A DNA stretch of 64,000 nucleotides, taken from the NCBI RefSeq assembly GCF_009914755.1, contig NC_060929.1; one strand, 5' to 3'. Shown piece after piece: positions 27,910 to 41,730 of the stretch. A program made the translations under genes and the position numbers. This stretch comes from the human T2T-CHM13v2.0 reference genome, Homo sapiens. Within the stretch, counting starts at the first letter, position 1, and every line of letters starts with the position of its first letter. The notes under the pieces were generated by a model. The model was not told the DNA's origin. It worked only from the letters and a program-made list of their open reading frames with translations, and did no database searches.

Positions 27910-29236
27910 TAGAATACCAAGGTAGTACAAAATCATAGGAATTTACAAAAAGATTTCATAAGAAGACCAATTTTATTGAGGTTAGTAGCTTTTAATTTAG
28001 TCTGTTTTGCAACTGGACCACTGAGCTCAGGGTGGAGCCCATTAGAGAAGAAGGCCAGCAAAGCATTTGCACTTTTTAGAGCCTGATAATTTATATATGT
28101 GCAGTCTTTAGGGCCTAGTAATATAAATATGTGAAAAGCAGGCACCATTAGAAGGCAAAGCATCTAGATCTTTAAAAATCAAGGATTCCACTTTTACATT
28201 GAAAAGAGAATCCCCACAAAGAGTGAAATGCAATGGGACTGGGCCATGCAATGCTGTCACAGTATGCTTCACTACAAAGACATTTATCTAAGTGTTTAAA
28301 CTATGCCTTTATCTAAACATGCAAAAAAAAAAAAAAAAAAAACCCACAGAGTAAACCCCTGCGGTAATAATCATTTATAATAAACAACTACCATTAGCCA
28401 CCTCCAAGACTGCAACTCTCACCTATAACTCACCAGCCATCACATACACAAAGGTCAAGTATTCTCTCACAGTACAACGTAAACTCTGCTACCTCAAAAG
28501 CCAAAGAGATCAGGCAATGCAATACAAAAAGCAGCAGGATTTTAGAGCTGAAAGGAACCTGTCCATGATTCTTCAGACTCCAAGGAGGAAAAAAAGACCT
28601 TAAAAAAGTGGTGGGTAGTTCCTTTTTCTGTGTCCTGCAAGGAGTCTGAGTCATTAGAATTCTCACGTAGCTCTTTTCATGTGGTACCAAAGATAACAAA
28701 GACAAAAGAAGAGCTTGAATATCAGCTTTTAATTAAGGTGACTTTTGACCACAGCACTCTTTAAACAAAAAAAAGTTTTTGTTTCAAAACTCTTATCAGA
28801 TTTTAGCCAGGACAAACAGCTGATATTCCTGGCTTTTGAACATTTTTTTTTTTTAATCAATGATCCCCTTTCGAGCAACTCATCAAAACCAATAAGACTT
28901 AACCAAAGTTATAACTTAACCCAGGATGCATGAGGCATCTTCAAAGAAGTGAAAAGCCGTTCTCACAACATCCAAAACCACTCCCAAAACAGCTCAAGGA
29001 AAGGTAGCTTCACTAGCTGCAAATGGAATCCAACCCACATTAATGTCCAGCCATGTTTTCTATAATCTCAGCTTCTCATCTGAGCACCTATGCATGAAGG
29101 CTCAAAAGCCCCATATGCCTCATAAATGGAAAAAAGACAGGCAGTCAAACGTTCATGGAAGGGAAGAGGATCCATAACAAATAGGTACTTCTAAAAGTGA
29201 ATAATTATACAAACAATTTCAAACAAATGGGATTTA

Positions 29237-29309
29237 TTCCCTTACCAGTAATTGAACCCAGGCTGCAGTAGTAAAAGTGCTGAATCCCAGCCACTAGATC
29301 ACAGCGGGA
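29237..29309 (-). pseudogene. tRNA-Glu-derived pseudogene inside provirus C
   Basis: Minus strand TCCCGCTGTGATCTAGTGGCTGGGATTCAGCACTTTTACTACTGCAGCCTGGGTTCAATTACTGGTAAGGGAA aligns end to end with mammalian tRNA-Glu (TCCCTGGTGGTCTAGTGGCTAGGATTCGGCGCTTTCACCGCCGCGGCCCGGGTTCGATTCCCGGTCAGGGAA). Most differences are CpG decay; the anticodon reads TTT. Confidence 0.85.
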
Positions 29310-29579
29310 AGTGTTGTTGCTGTTGTCGTTTTATTTTGTTTTTTAAAAATAAGTTCTATAGGGGATCCAAAGTAGGCAGTTTCAGCATCTTAAGGATTTT
29401 AACTTGTTTCAGACCTGATCTCAGTTGGAATGCTGCTTAGCTAATTTCCTGGACATTAGCATTTCAATGACATTATACGATTTAAATAGTATTGTCTGAT
29501 ATTGGGTCAATAAATTAGTGTCATTCATTTGTTCTGGTTTAGAAAAAAAGTTATTGAATTGGCATTTATATAATCACAG

Positions 29580-30052
29580 TGTGAAAGGAAAATAAAACTT
29601 GGGTCCCCCAAATCACTAAGCTAAAGAGAAAAGTCAAGCTGGGAACTGCTTAGGGCAAACCTGCCTCCCATTCTATTCAAAGTCACCCCTCTGCTAACTG
29701 AAATAAATGCATATCTGATTGCTTCCTTTGGAGAGGCTAATCAGAAACTCCAAATAATGCAACCATTTGCCTCTTTTCTACCTATTACCTGGAAGCCCCC
29801 TCCCCACTTCAAGTTGTCTTGGCCTTTGCTTTGAGTTGTCCCACCTTTCCAGACCAAACCAATGTTCATGTTATGTATGTTGTTTGATGTCTCTTGTCCC
29901 CCTAAAATGTATAAAACCAAACTGTGCTCTGACCACCTTGGGCACATGTCACCAGGACCTCCTGAGGCTGTGTCATGGGCATGCGTCCTCAATCTTCGCA
30001 AAATAAACTTCATAAATTAACTGAGACATTTCTCAGATATTTGGTGCTCACA
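29580..30052 (+). mobile_element. MER4A/MER4A1 solo LTR
   Basis: TGTGAAAGGAAAATAAAACTTGGG...AAAGTCAAGCTGGGAACTG; AATAAA near the end; perfect TSD ACAG/ACAG. Confidence 0.92.
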
Positions 30053-30726
30053 ACAGGAATATTATTCCTATTCTGACATTGTTCCACTTTTCTTCTATTC
30101 TAGATTTAAATTTATTTCCCTTTTCTGAAAAGAAGAAACATGTGCATTGTGAATTTCCTAAAACCTCTCTGCCTAAGAGATGCATGGAAGCCAAGGGAAC
30201 AAGTAGAGAGGGATGAGTTGAGCTCACACGGGTAGAAGGAGAAGGAGCAGTTGAAGGAGTAAGGGAGAAAGCCTCTGAAGTCTTTTTTAATATTTCAAAT
30301 ATCTTTTTGTTTACCTCTTGAATGGAGGCAATTTTTTGCATGATTTCTTTCAGAAGTTTTTAAAGCCAAGTGCTGGTCAGTGCTTCTGCTTCCCAATAAA
30401 TAAAAAAAAAGTTATTTCTTTAAAAAGACATTTTTAGGTGCCATTGGAAGTCTCCAATTTGTCTGGTTCTAAAACCAGCTATTTACAATGGTGTACACAA
30501 ACAAATTATTTTAGGTATTTTAAAAATCCCCATTTTTCATCATTGTTGCCTATGACTATCCTGGGTTAGGTAGATCTAATTTCCTAGATATCTACAAGAG
30601 GGTGCTTCATATGTATTATACATAAATCCACCTGATGTTTCTAAAAAGAGTGCTCAGATTTTGAAGACTGGTTTTTTCCATAATTTGGGAACTTTTCAGA
30701 AGTGACAAAAGCTGAGGATGTGTTGT

Positions 30727-31290
30727 TGAGAGAGGGGAAAGGAAGAAACTGGTCAGGCAGGCAGTTAGGGTGGGTCCTCAGTTAAATTATTTCAAACAAA
30801 AGAACAGCCTGCAGACAGAGATAAGGGAAATTGCACAGGTGGGCTTAGTACCTAAGACATGCCCACAGCTGCAAAGATAAGAAAGGCTACAGAGATGACT
30901 TGCCCAGATATGCCTGCAATGGAAAACTCTGTCCCCTGACACATGTGCAGTAAAGGGAACAAAGCAATATGTAGTAAGTCAAGCTAAGGGCCCACATATG
31001 CACTATGAGGATGGAGTGGAGCTACCAGAAATTCATGGTTTATGCAAATAAAATACCGAGCCCTCATCAGTTACTTATAAAAGCCTTTGCATTCACTGTA
31101 AAAACTGCAACTCTCTTCCAGGCCCCCTGTCTGCGGTGGAGAGATTTCTTTTTCCCTTATTATACTTCCACTCCAACCTCACCCTTTGTGTCCACGCTCC
31201 TTAATTCTCTTGGTCATGAGACAAAGAACTCTGGGTGATACCTCACAATGAGAGGCTGCTACATTGTGGTACATTGGTGAGACTGTAACA
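30727..31290 (+). mobile_element. MER61-family solo LTR
   Basis: TGAGAGAGGGGAAAGGAAGAAACTGGTCAGGCAGGCAGTTAGGGTGGGTCC...GACTGTAACA; TATAAAA at ~31076; TSD TTGT/TTTT. Confidence 0.85.
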
Positions 31291-31874
31291 TTTTGAGGTT
31301 GAAGTTTAATGTATCTTGGACTATCTCTAACCACTAGGTGATAGCAGAGTGCTCAAGATATGGGGGACCCAGACTCTCATATTATACCTGTCTGAAAGAG
31401 CAAAAGGCGGTACACTTCAGTTAGAAACTAACAAAGATTGGTCACAAATAAAGTCTAAGTCTGAATTTTCAAGTCATAGAAAACAGTTGCAATCTTAAAA
31501 GTATGCTGTGCAACTGCTATTGTAGTCCCTGACTGCCAATCCTTTGATACCAACTTCTACTATGAGATAGAGGTGGAAAAACCTTGATCAGACTTGACTA
31601 GAACCTCCGCTGTGAGAGAAAGGTTGGAAAAAAAGGCAGTCCTCTGTAGAGCTCTTTCCCTGAATATCATATCCAGAGAAAGAAATCAAAGCCTTCACTC
31701 TTAAAGGAAAGATGGGGTTTGAAAACAGCCCAAGTAAAAAGTCTAGAGTCAGAATTCCGAATTCAGGAGAACTTACCCCTAACACCCAATGGGACTTTTG
31801 AAGACAGAGTTTATGAGGTTACTGAGTAATACTTTCAGAGGCAAACACCAGGGGGCTAAAGGGAGTCACTCCGA

Positions 31875-31893
31875 ATCCTGTCAACGTATGCCA
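31875..31893 (-). other. Primer-binding site of provirus C, tRNA-Ser-like
   Basis: Minus strand TGGCATACGTTGACAGGAT vs Ser PBS TGGCGTAGTCGGCAGGAT (CpG decay plus a 1-nt insertion). Confidence 0.65.
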
Positions 31894-31897
31894 GATG

Positions 31898-32335
31898 TGT
31901 TGACCTGAAAAAAACAAGCTGAGGCAGAATCAATATGAGTAGAGAGTTTTTGTGCCAGTCTTGAGGATTGCAACCCAGGAAAACAGATTCAAGTTTCTCT
32001 GAATATATACTCTGATTAGCAGCCGTTACATGTGTTTTTTTAAAGAGAAAGAAGTACTTCCTGAGTTGTTTATTAAGAATTTACATTAAAATTACATGAG
32101 CGATTGATTGGCTATACATTGTTAAGCCATAGGTTGTGGGTTGTAGTATCAGGTGTGGCATTATTGGTTAATTTATAGCTACTTCTGGCAATAGTAAGCA
32201 GTTTCAAGAGATGAATACATGGCTCAAAAGACAGAAAGCAGGACATGATTGCTTTCTCATTTTAATGTCTCTCTCTGAGCCTGATAATTTAAAAGGACTT
32301 GGCATTCCTCAGATAAAACTTCTTTTCTTTTCTCA
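31898..32335 (-). mobile_element. 5' LTR of provirus C (MER65)
   Basis: Paired with 22956-23389 (shared GGTGTGGCATTATTGGTTAATTTATAGCTACTTCTGGCAA); flanks ACCC / ACTT are only a degenerate TSD. Confidence 0.87.
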
Positions 32336-32728
32336 ACTTCCTCCTGACCCCTGAGTCTGTCTATCTGGTAGCTTTCTATGTTCATGGTCAGACACACTAT
32401 GGTAAAATTACCAGTTTTGCAGGACTGAACTGGGCTGGGAAGTGGCAGCAACAGAGGCAAGGATTCAGATTTCTGCTCTTATTAGCCAAAGCTCTAGAAG
32501 ACTTTGCAGACAGAATTTGCTGATCTCTTCATGAAGGCTCTCTTAAACCTTTACAAAAGCTGGAATACTTTAATAATAACAAAAGTATTAAAAATAAAAA
32601 TCAGAAAGGCTGAGAAAGTCATCTATTTTTCTACACTAGAGTAGATCCTGAATCCTGCCTTATAACTAGATCCTAAACCATAAGAGCTTTTTCTTCAAAG
32701 TTTTTCAGTATTTAAAAAAAAAAAAATT

Positions 32729-33152
<424 letters not shown>

Positions 33153-34299
33153 TTAGAGAACACTGTATGAGTTCATTATTTCTTGTTAGAGAGTTCTAAA
33201 GAAACAGTGTTGGGATTTAGACTTAAATAAAACATTAGCCCTAAATTATTCTTAAAAAGATGACAAAAGAGTACAACTAATCTGGGGCATTGCAGACACT
33301 TGTGAAGGAATGGAAAACATCAGAAATTGTATGTAACGGTTGTCAGAGATTCCTGAGAACCGTCAGGTTTTTTGGAGGACTTTTAAACTTGGAGATTTAA
33401 GTGACCTAAATTGAATCTTAATTGTTCTTCCTCTGGAGAAAAATAGTGACACCCAGGTGGGTGGTTGCTCTTTATGATGAGAAAATAAGGTAAGCCAGTC
33501 ATTCCTTTTAGAAAAACATCCTGTTTTGGTTTTTAGTAACCCCAGGCATTAGGCAAAGCTCAAATGGGTAAATTTGTCTCTAAAGAGCATTTAATTTGAA
33601 ATTTCATTGTCTTTTGCATTTGAAAACACACACATATTTACTGGGCCTGGGGGTGTCTGTGGGAGGTGGTGGGGAGGAGGAGAGAAGAAAAAAGAAAACA
33701 CATATACCCGCATTTTTTTTTACTTTCTGTAAGCACACAGTGATGAGGGAAAGGAGTGAGCTAACAGATGGTATAAATCTAGTCACTTCAGACTGATAGG
33801 TCTTATCTATTGGCAGTTTTCATCTGTGAGAAGGAAAAATCACTGGTTTTCACTCAGGCAAGGGTGAGCAGGTAGAAATACCCCAAACGTCTTTAAGTGA
33901 CTTTCTGATGAAAGGAATGTCTGTTGGGTAGTTGCACCATTAGAAAAATTTGTTCTTCAATAAAATATTACTAACTTTAGGAAACCAACATCTGGATTAA
34001 TGAAGTCTGAGGAGTCTTCATAAAGCCCTCCAGATTTTTTTTTTTTATTTTATTTTCACGTTCGCAGTGCAGGGCCTGTTAGCTAACTATTACCAATCAT
34101 AGATTAGACCTGCTTCAGGGAATAGATAAAATTGTATATTTGCTTATAATTAGTGTGTTTATGGTTTCTAAACTAACTGGTTCTTTAGAACTATTTGGAG
34201 AGTCTTTGTAATGCTGTATATGATGTTAACTTAATTTGCATTACAAAAAATCAGAGGTCATATGTAACCTGGGTTGAATGGCTTTTCAGAATACTTTAG

Positions 34300-34461
34300 A
34301 GTTGCCAGGAATCTTTCAGGACATGTGACCCCATCTCCTTTCCTAAGCGATTTCTGTCAGATGGTGGTCCACTTTCTGGGGATGCAGCCCAGCAAGTCCC
34401 AGCCTCATTTTTCCTAGCTCTCACTCAAGATGGAGTCACTCTGTTTCAAATGCCTCTGACA
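34300..34461 (-). mobile_element. MER41-family LTR, short (internally deleted or truncated)
   Basis: Minus-strand start TGTCAGAGGCATTTGAAACAGAGTGACTCCATCTTGAGTGAG...ATGAGGCTGGGAC is the MER41 5' end; possible 3' end TTCCTGGCAAC at 34301-34311. Confidence 0.75.
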
Positions 34462-34697
34462 CAGGCATCACATCAAGGTTCCTGTGAAGAGGAGGTTCAC
34501 CACACATAGAGGCCATCAGTTCCACTCTTAACACCACTGTACAGTTGGCAGTGTGTCATTGGCATCATATAAATAATTAGGATAAAGAAATTGTGTCAAA
34601 TATGGAGGAACTGCCCTGTCCTATCCCCAGTCACACCTGTCAAATAACTTATCAGGGTGGTTTGCGTGTTTTACCTACATAAAGCTTAGGTTGATTT

Positions 34698-35442
<745 letters not shown>

Positions 35443-35579
35443 ATTTTCCTGTTATCTCTAGTTTCAGGGAGGCTGAATTATGTAATGGTTATGAGCAAAG
35501 AATCCGGAATCTTTTGTTAGCTTTGTGACAATCTTCTGACTTTTCATCTCAAAATTTCAATTTGAGATTAAAGATTAAA

Positions 35580-35835
35580 TAATAATAATATCAACATTTA
35601 CTGCTTATTATGTTTCAGATATTGTTTTAAGCTGTTTGTTTCAACTCTTAAACTTTAAAATATTGTAACCACTTTATTTAAACGTACAGTTTTCTTATCA
35701 GTTGGGTATTGTAATTATTCCTTTGTAGAGATAAAAACAAGTCAAGTGAAGAGAAGTCCTTTCACTTGCCAAGATCATAGAGCCAGGAAAAGTCTGATTC
35801 GGGACATGGAATTAGGTCACCTAGTTGCCTAGGTC
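35580..35835 (-). mobile_element. MIR
   Basis: AATAATAATATCAACATTTACTG...CACTTGCCAAGATCATAGAGC antisense MIR motifs. Confidence 0.6.
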
Positions 35836-37473
35836 TTTCCGCCAGGATTTACATTTTCAAAAGCTTCAGGAATCAGCTGCACTTTTTTAGGGGAGTGGCT
35901 TATTTTGTTCTTATGGTCATATAAAAAATGAAATAAAATAAACCTTTTATTCTTTCATGATTTTATTTTTTAATAAATGATGCTTGTTTAGATGTTCATC
36001 TAATTACAATATTGATTTATAAAATTATAAGGTCAGAAATTTTTTATTCATAATTTTCTCCCTTCCTTTTAGCCCTACTTTTCTGCTTGCTTTCTTTCCT
36101 CCTCCTCTTGTTCACCTTCCATAATATTTTTTTCATATTCTACTTATGTGCCTTAATCTTTTTCATAAAACTATATCTCAAAATGAAATCACATTTTCAT
36201 CCCTTTAGCACAATTTCCATTAATTTAAAATTTTTGGAAGTTAAGCATCTCACTAATTAGCTATTTCTTATTATTTTTAAAGTAATAAATCATTTCATAT
36301 CTTAAGTATTTATGAGTAGGTAGAAATTCCTACCACTGAATAAAGTGTTATACTAGAAAACAAAAGAACAAACAAAAACATACAAAGCATAATAGCAAAA
36401 TAGTTTTCCTAATGACAGTTTGTATGTAGAATGCCAAGTGTTAACAGCAGTTTTTAATATTCGTATCTAAAACTTAAAAGTTACAATAATAATTATAAAT
36501 TATAATTTATATTATTTAACATGTTTATCATAATATTTCATTGTTCTACCTTTATTATAGAAGATTTATCGTATAGTAGACTTTTGAGATAATGTTCACA
36601 TTTAAGTAAGTTTTAGAGTTTTTAAATCATTTTCAAAAAAATTTTTTTCTATATACTGTAATGTCTTCTTCATTAAAAAAAGAGAAAGAGATACTGACTG
36701 AAACTGGATGTTTTTCTGATGATTCACATTTATTATAATTAAGAATAAACATACAGTGTTGCTTTAAGGATTCAGCGGTGTTACCTAAAGGAAGCAATGT
36801 TTCTGTAGATATGTATTTATTTTCTTTATCTTTTCAGCAAATATTTGCTAACTACTTGGTATATGGCAGGCACTATCCTAAACACAACAGATGCAAGGAA
36901 CAACAAACTAATAGAAAAGCTTTTGTGTGGATTTTCTTAAGTCTTTCATCAGAATATTTTAATTTTTCTGTTCTTTTCACAGTTATATGGAGTACATGAG
37001 TGAAAGAATGTGCTGCACACCTTCTGTATGGCTTTGTGAAAGTCACGTAACTTCTTTGGAACTTAGCTTCTTTATCTGTAAAGGGTAGGTAGGTGTTGGA
37101 CTTAATCAACATCTCCCAATGACAATCCAGACCCAGGAGGGAACAATATCCGGGTTTTGACTTTATTTCTTCCCATTCATTAGCAAGGAGCTGGGGCTCA
37201 GCTCATTTGTTTCTATCTCTCCTTCTCTCCTATACTTCTGATGTCCGCAATAAAAATTTTAGATATCATTCAGATATTTGCTGGAAAAAATCTAGGTGGT
37301 TTCTATGGTCCCTTTTGTTATGTAGTATTCCAAAATCTATGGTTTTATATATGTATTTATACATTGATACTTGTGTCATCTGGTAGATTTTATTTTATTA
37401 TTAACAAAAAATAATTTGTTAAAAAATAACACATTAGGAAAAATAGAAGCAACTTCCGGTAGATAAAGTGTAA

Positions 37474-37610
37474 GGCTGGGTGCGGTGGCTCATGCCTGTA
37501 TTGCAAGGCCAAGGTAAGAGGATTGCTTGAGGTCAGGTGTTTGAGACCAGACTGGGTGACACAGTAAGACCCTGTCTCTACAAAAACGAGAGAGAGAGAG
37601 AGAGAGAGAG
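37474..37610 (+). mobile_element. FLAM_C / Alu left monomer with (GA)n tail
   Basis: GGCTGGGTGCGGTGGCTCATGCCTGTA...GGATTGCTTGAGG...CCCTGTCTCTAC; (GA)n at 37588-37610; TSD AGTGTAA. Confidence 0.85.
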
Positions 37611-38839
37611 TGTAAGGGAGGTGAAATCTGTGGAGGGTAAAGAAATTTGATGTAATTTGATTACCAATAGATTTTTGAGATAAGCCATAAGTGAAAAATT
37701 GGTTTGTATTAATGATTTTGATATTTGTTATCTGGTTAGAGTAGGAAAAAATTGTGGACTTAAAATTACAACTCTTATTTTCAGAAAAAAATTATTATTC
37801 TCTATCTTGTTTGAAATATGAGTATTAGAAAAAAATTATAATGGATCAAATAACATTTTCTTTGAGCTGTTAGAGTGCATCTAATTTTGAACGTCTAATG
37901 TTTCAGTGTATCCTTATGCCTCCATTTTTAGAGTTAAAGATGGATACCAGATGGACACCATCTGTATCTATCATTAATGGACTAATATTTCTCTACAATT
38001 AGCTTAAAAATGGGAAATTGGAAAGATAAACCAGAATTTTCAATATAATGTATAATAAATGAACTATTTCTCACTATTTGGAACCAAAATAAAATATATA
38101 GCTTGAAAGTTGAGCTAGATGCTACACTGTGTACTACTATAAAAACATAACTAGCAAACATTTCAAGAAAATAAGAATTCATCAGAGAATATAATTTGAT
38201 GTCATCTTTAGTTACTTGGAAGCTCAAAATCAATCATTTAAAAATATAATTGAAATGGCAAGTAAAGTAACATGATTTTATTCCAAGATGTATGAATAAC
38301 ATTTGTGCTAAGACTATCTCTGTAAAAGCATCCAATAATGGGAAGGGAGAGTCACAAATCTTTCTTAGATATTTTTTCCCTGAAATGATTTGTGTATGAC
38401 CTCATTGCTCTAAGGAAGATAAAGATAACTGAAATGGCTTCCTGCAAACAAAAATCTACTTACATAATAGAAAACATGTGTTATATAAAGACATATAAAC
38501 TGTTTTCAAAAAAGTATGATTAAGGAAAAAATGTTTTCAAAACTTGTGGACACTCATCTGATGCCTACATTTCTTCCGTGATAGCCCAATCAAATAGTCA
38601 TCTATGCAATATTTGAATACTTTCATTGATGTAAGTCCAGGGACTCACATTTGCATAGAAGACTTCTAACCTTTAAAGGTCTATACATAAATTATTGCTT
38701 ATAGCTTTACCCATTAATTCTTGCTTGGTTTTAGTGGTTACAATAGTAATACAACTAAGCATTTTAAAAGTACCTTTTGAAAGTTTTTCAAAATCCTTTC
38801 ATCTATGTTCCTTTTATAGTATTTGAGCTGAACATGAGC

Positions 38840-38975
38840 CTTATAGGATAATTTAGTTATTATTATATCTATTTTTAGACAAGGAAATTGAGACTCAGAG
38901 AGACAGTAGTTGGTTCAAAGTCATGTAGCTAGCAAGTAACAGATACTAATCATAAACTTAGATTTTCTGTACCAA
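38840..38975 (-). mobile_element. MIR
   Basis: ATTTTTAGACAAGGAAATTGAGACTCAGAGAG...AAAGTCATGTAGCTAGCAAGT. Confidence 0.75.
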
Positions 38976-38989
38976 ATTATTCTACATTA

Positions 38990-39103
38990 TTTTCTACAAT
39001 ACAGTATCATATGTATTATATGTAATTTGGTATTCTATACTCTTTATTCTATATTCTATAACAATTGACTATCATAATACATGTGATACTCTATTATAGA
39101 AAA
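38990..39103. repeat. Inverted repeat, 30-bp arms (27/30 complementary), 54-nt spacer
   Basis: TTTTCTACAATACAGTATCATATGTATTAT (38990-39019) vs the reverse complement of 39074-39103, TTTTCTATAATAGAGTATCACATGTATTAT. Confidence 0.9.
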
Positions 39104-39167
39104 ATTCTAATCTTTTTTATGAATATTAGTTTCTCAGTCAGTAACACCTGCTAATGACAATATCAGG

Positions 39168-39400
39168 CAGTATCATGTTTAATAACTCGAGTTCTGGAGT
39201 TATACAGACCTAGGTTTGAAGCGTCAACTCATAATTTAGTGACCTTGGACAAATTACTATACAAGACAAACCTCATTTCTTCATTTACAAAATAAAAATT
39301 TTTTAAAAAGCAACCAATCACTGAGTATAGAATTATATAATTTTAACATAATGGAATGCCTGGTACATAGGTAGTATTCAATTAGGGTTAATTATTTTTA
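39168..39400 (+). mobile_element. MIR
   Basis: TCTGGAGTTATACAGACCTAGGTTTGAA...GTGACCTTGGACAAATTACT...GCCTGGTACATAG. Confidence 0.75.
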
Positions 39401-41296
39401 TTTCCTTATATTATCATTACCATTATTATTATTTTTTTAGCATCTCATCCAGTTTTCACTTCTGTAAACAACATAGCGATTCTTCCTATGATATTATTTA
39501 AGTTCTCCTCATAATCCTGATTGTACTTTTCTGGATTGACTTTATCTGTATTATTCTTTAAGTGAGGTGTACAAATACATTACTCAAGTTCTTATCATAT
39601 TTTTCTTAATGTAAGCAATGAATAAATTTGATTAAGAAATTATATTAATTTTTTTCTAATTGTTTGCTTTCAAGACTAAAAGCTCCTTGAGCACTGGGTC
39701 ATGTTGTATTCTACCTTTTACCTCAAAGCCTAGTAGAAATGCAGGCTGATAATTAGCTGTCAACTAAACTTTATTCACCTGTGTACTACTAGCTCTGGCA
39801 CACTCTATATTTTGTACATGTTTGTTTGTGGACCTATCAGTAGTGTTTTACATTCATTACTCTTCGATAATATACACTGCTTCAAAATCCTTCAAGTTAA
39901 TATTTATCTTTTAATCATCCATTATGGTCACTAAGTTTTTTCTGTTTTCCAGCATCTGCAGTTTGCAATGACATCTTTCAAGTAACTGTTTCAAATACAA
40001 AGAGTTATCAGTGAAGTCTTGCGGCATATTACTAGAAATTTTCCTCTAGTCTGATATAGATCATTTAATTAATGATATGATTTAAGAAGATATTCACCTA
40101 CTGTTCTCAAATCTATACTGTTTCACTTTGAAATATTTTCAACTGCCATTAGAAAACTTTATTGAAAAGGAAGAGGTAGAACATGAGGCTGGAACGTTAG
40201 ATAGAATATATAATATCTTTTTTTTTGTTAACAAAGTCAAATATTTTTAACTTTATTGCATAGGTATTGGAAAGATTCTTTTAAAATTTACACCTGAAAG
40301 TGACTTGTTCATATTATTATTTTAGAAATACAACTCTGTTGGGAACATGGAACACAGAGTATTATGAGACTGCAGGCTCAAAGAATATCTGGGAGATTAA
40401 AGTAGTCATTCAGAAAAGAAGATATGAGAATTAGAACAAAGGAAGCAAGATTTCTGCATTGTTTCTAATTATTCACAAGAACTCCTATAAGATATATGTC
40501 TACAATTTAAAGATTTAATGAAGCACATAAAAAGATGAATATGCAAAATTCAGCACATTTAAAAATAAGATACTAGGTGATCTAGTGTAAATATGTTTAC
40601 AATAAAAGTTTCAATGAATGAATTTTAGAATGAAGACTATAAGTTTTTGAAAATTTATGAGATGGTGAAAGTAAATCACATAAGGCTCGTACCAAATATA
40701 AACTAAATTGTGATTACCTGCTATGTTTTTCTTAGGAAATGCACTGGTTTCTTACTTGCTTTAAGTTTCTTAATTTTTCTTAAAATTTAAGTATTTGAGT
40801 AAATTCCTTATCTGATATTTAATTGCCTTTCTTGTAATCATCAAATTGTTCATACATCAAATTGTTACTCAAATTACATACATCAAATTGTTACTCGAAT
40901 TTTATAAATCTAAGATTGATTTAATTCATGTTAAAAACTATAATGAATCTCTTAGTAACATCTCACATATACATGTAGTACCCACTGATGACAGCTTCTT
41001 AGGAAAAAACATGCATGTTTAACTGAAAAAAATATATTTCATACATCTAGGCAATATTGATACTGATAATAATTATAACATGATTCTAAGCATTGCCTAA
41101 TTTGTCTGGGTAATACCGATAGTACATTTTTATAATGTTAATATATCTATTAAACAAACAAAAGCAAAATCTTAATAAATTATTGGCTTGACTTAAATTA
41201 TTTTAAAAGATTACAATGTTGAATCTTAAACATGAGAGAAGTGGAGAGAAATTAAAGGAGACATAAAGAGGGCTTAAAGGTTTAGAGAATGGAAAC

Positions 41297-41730
41297 TGTC
41301 AGAAAAGGTAAATCAGTTAATGCCACATGCAAGCCACTCCAAAATTCTGTGACATAAAATAGCAAGCCTTTTTTCCTCTCATATCTGTAAGTCAGCTGAG
41401 GTTAAGCTAATTAGTCTTGGTTTAGTGAGAGTTGGTCTAAAGCCACTGGGTGTGTTCAGGTTTCCTCCATGTGCTGCTCATTCTTTGCGTATTGGTGGCC
41501 TACCTTAAGTATGTTCTTGTCATAGTGACAGCAGAAGTTTAACATATATTTAAAAATGGTTATTTTCAGCCACATTCCACTGGTCAACACAAGTCATATG
41601 ACTGAGCTCAAAGCCAAGCCATGCAGTATGAAAAGACAGCACTTCTAGGGGGAGGAATTGCAAAATTACATGTCAAAGTGTACAGATAAGGGAAGGAGGA
41701 AATATTGGGGTCAGTTATTCATAAATTAAC
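41297..41730 (-). mobile_element. MLT1 (MLT1J/H-like) MaLR LTR
   Basis: CACATTCCACTGGTCAACACAAGTCATATGACTGAGCTCAAAG and other MLT1 antisense motifs; boundaries approximate. Confidence 0.65.

Noticed and set aside
29237-29309. Functional tRNA gene
   Set aside because: Stems are disrupted by CpG decay, the anticodon is altered and there is no adjacent T-run terminator; kept as a pseudogene.
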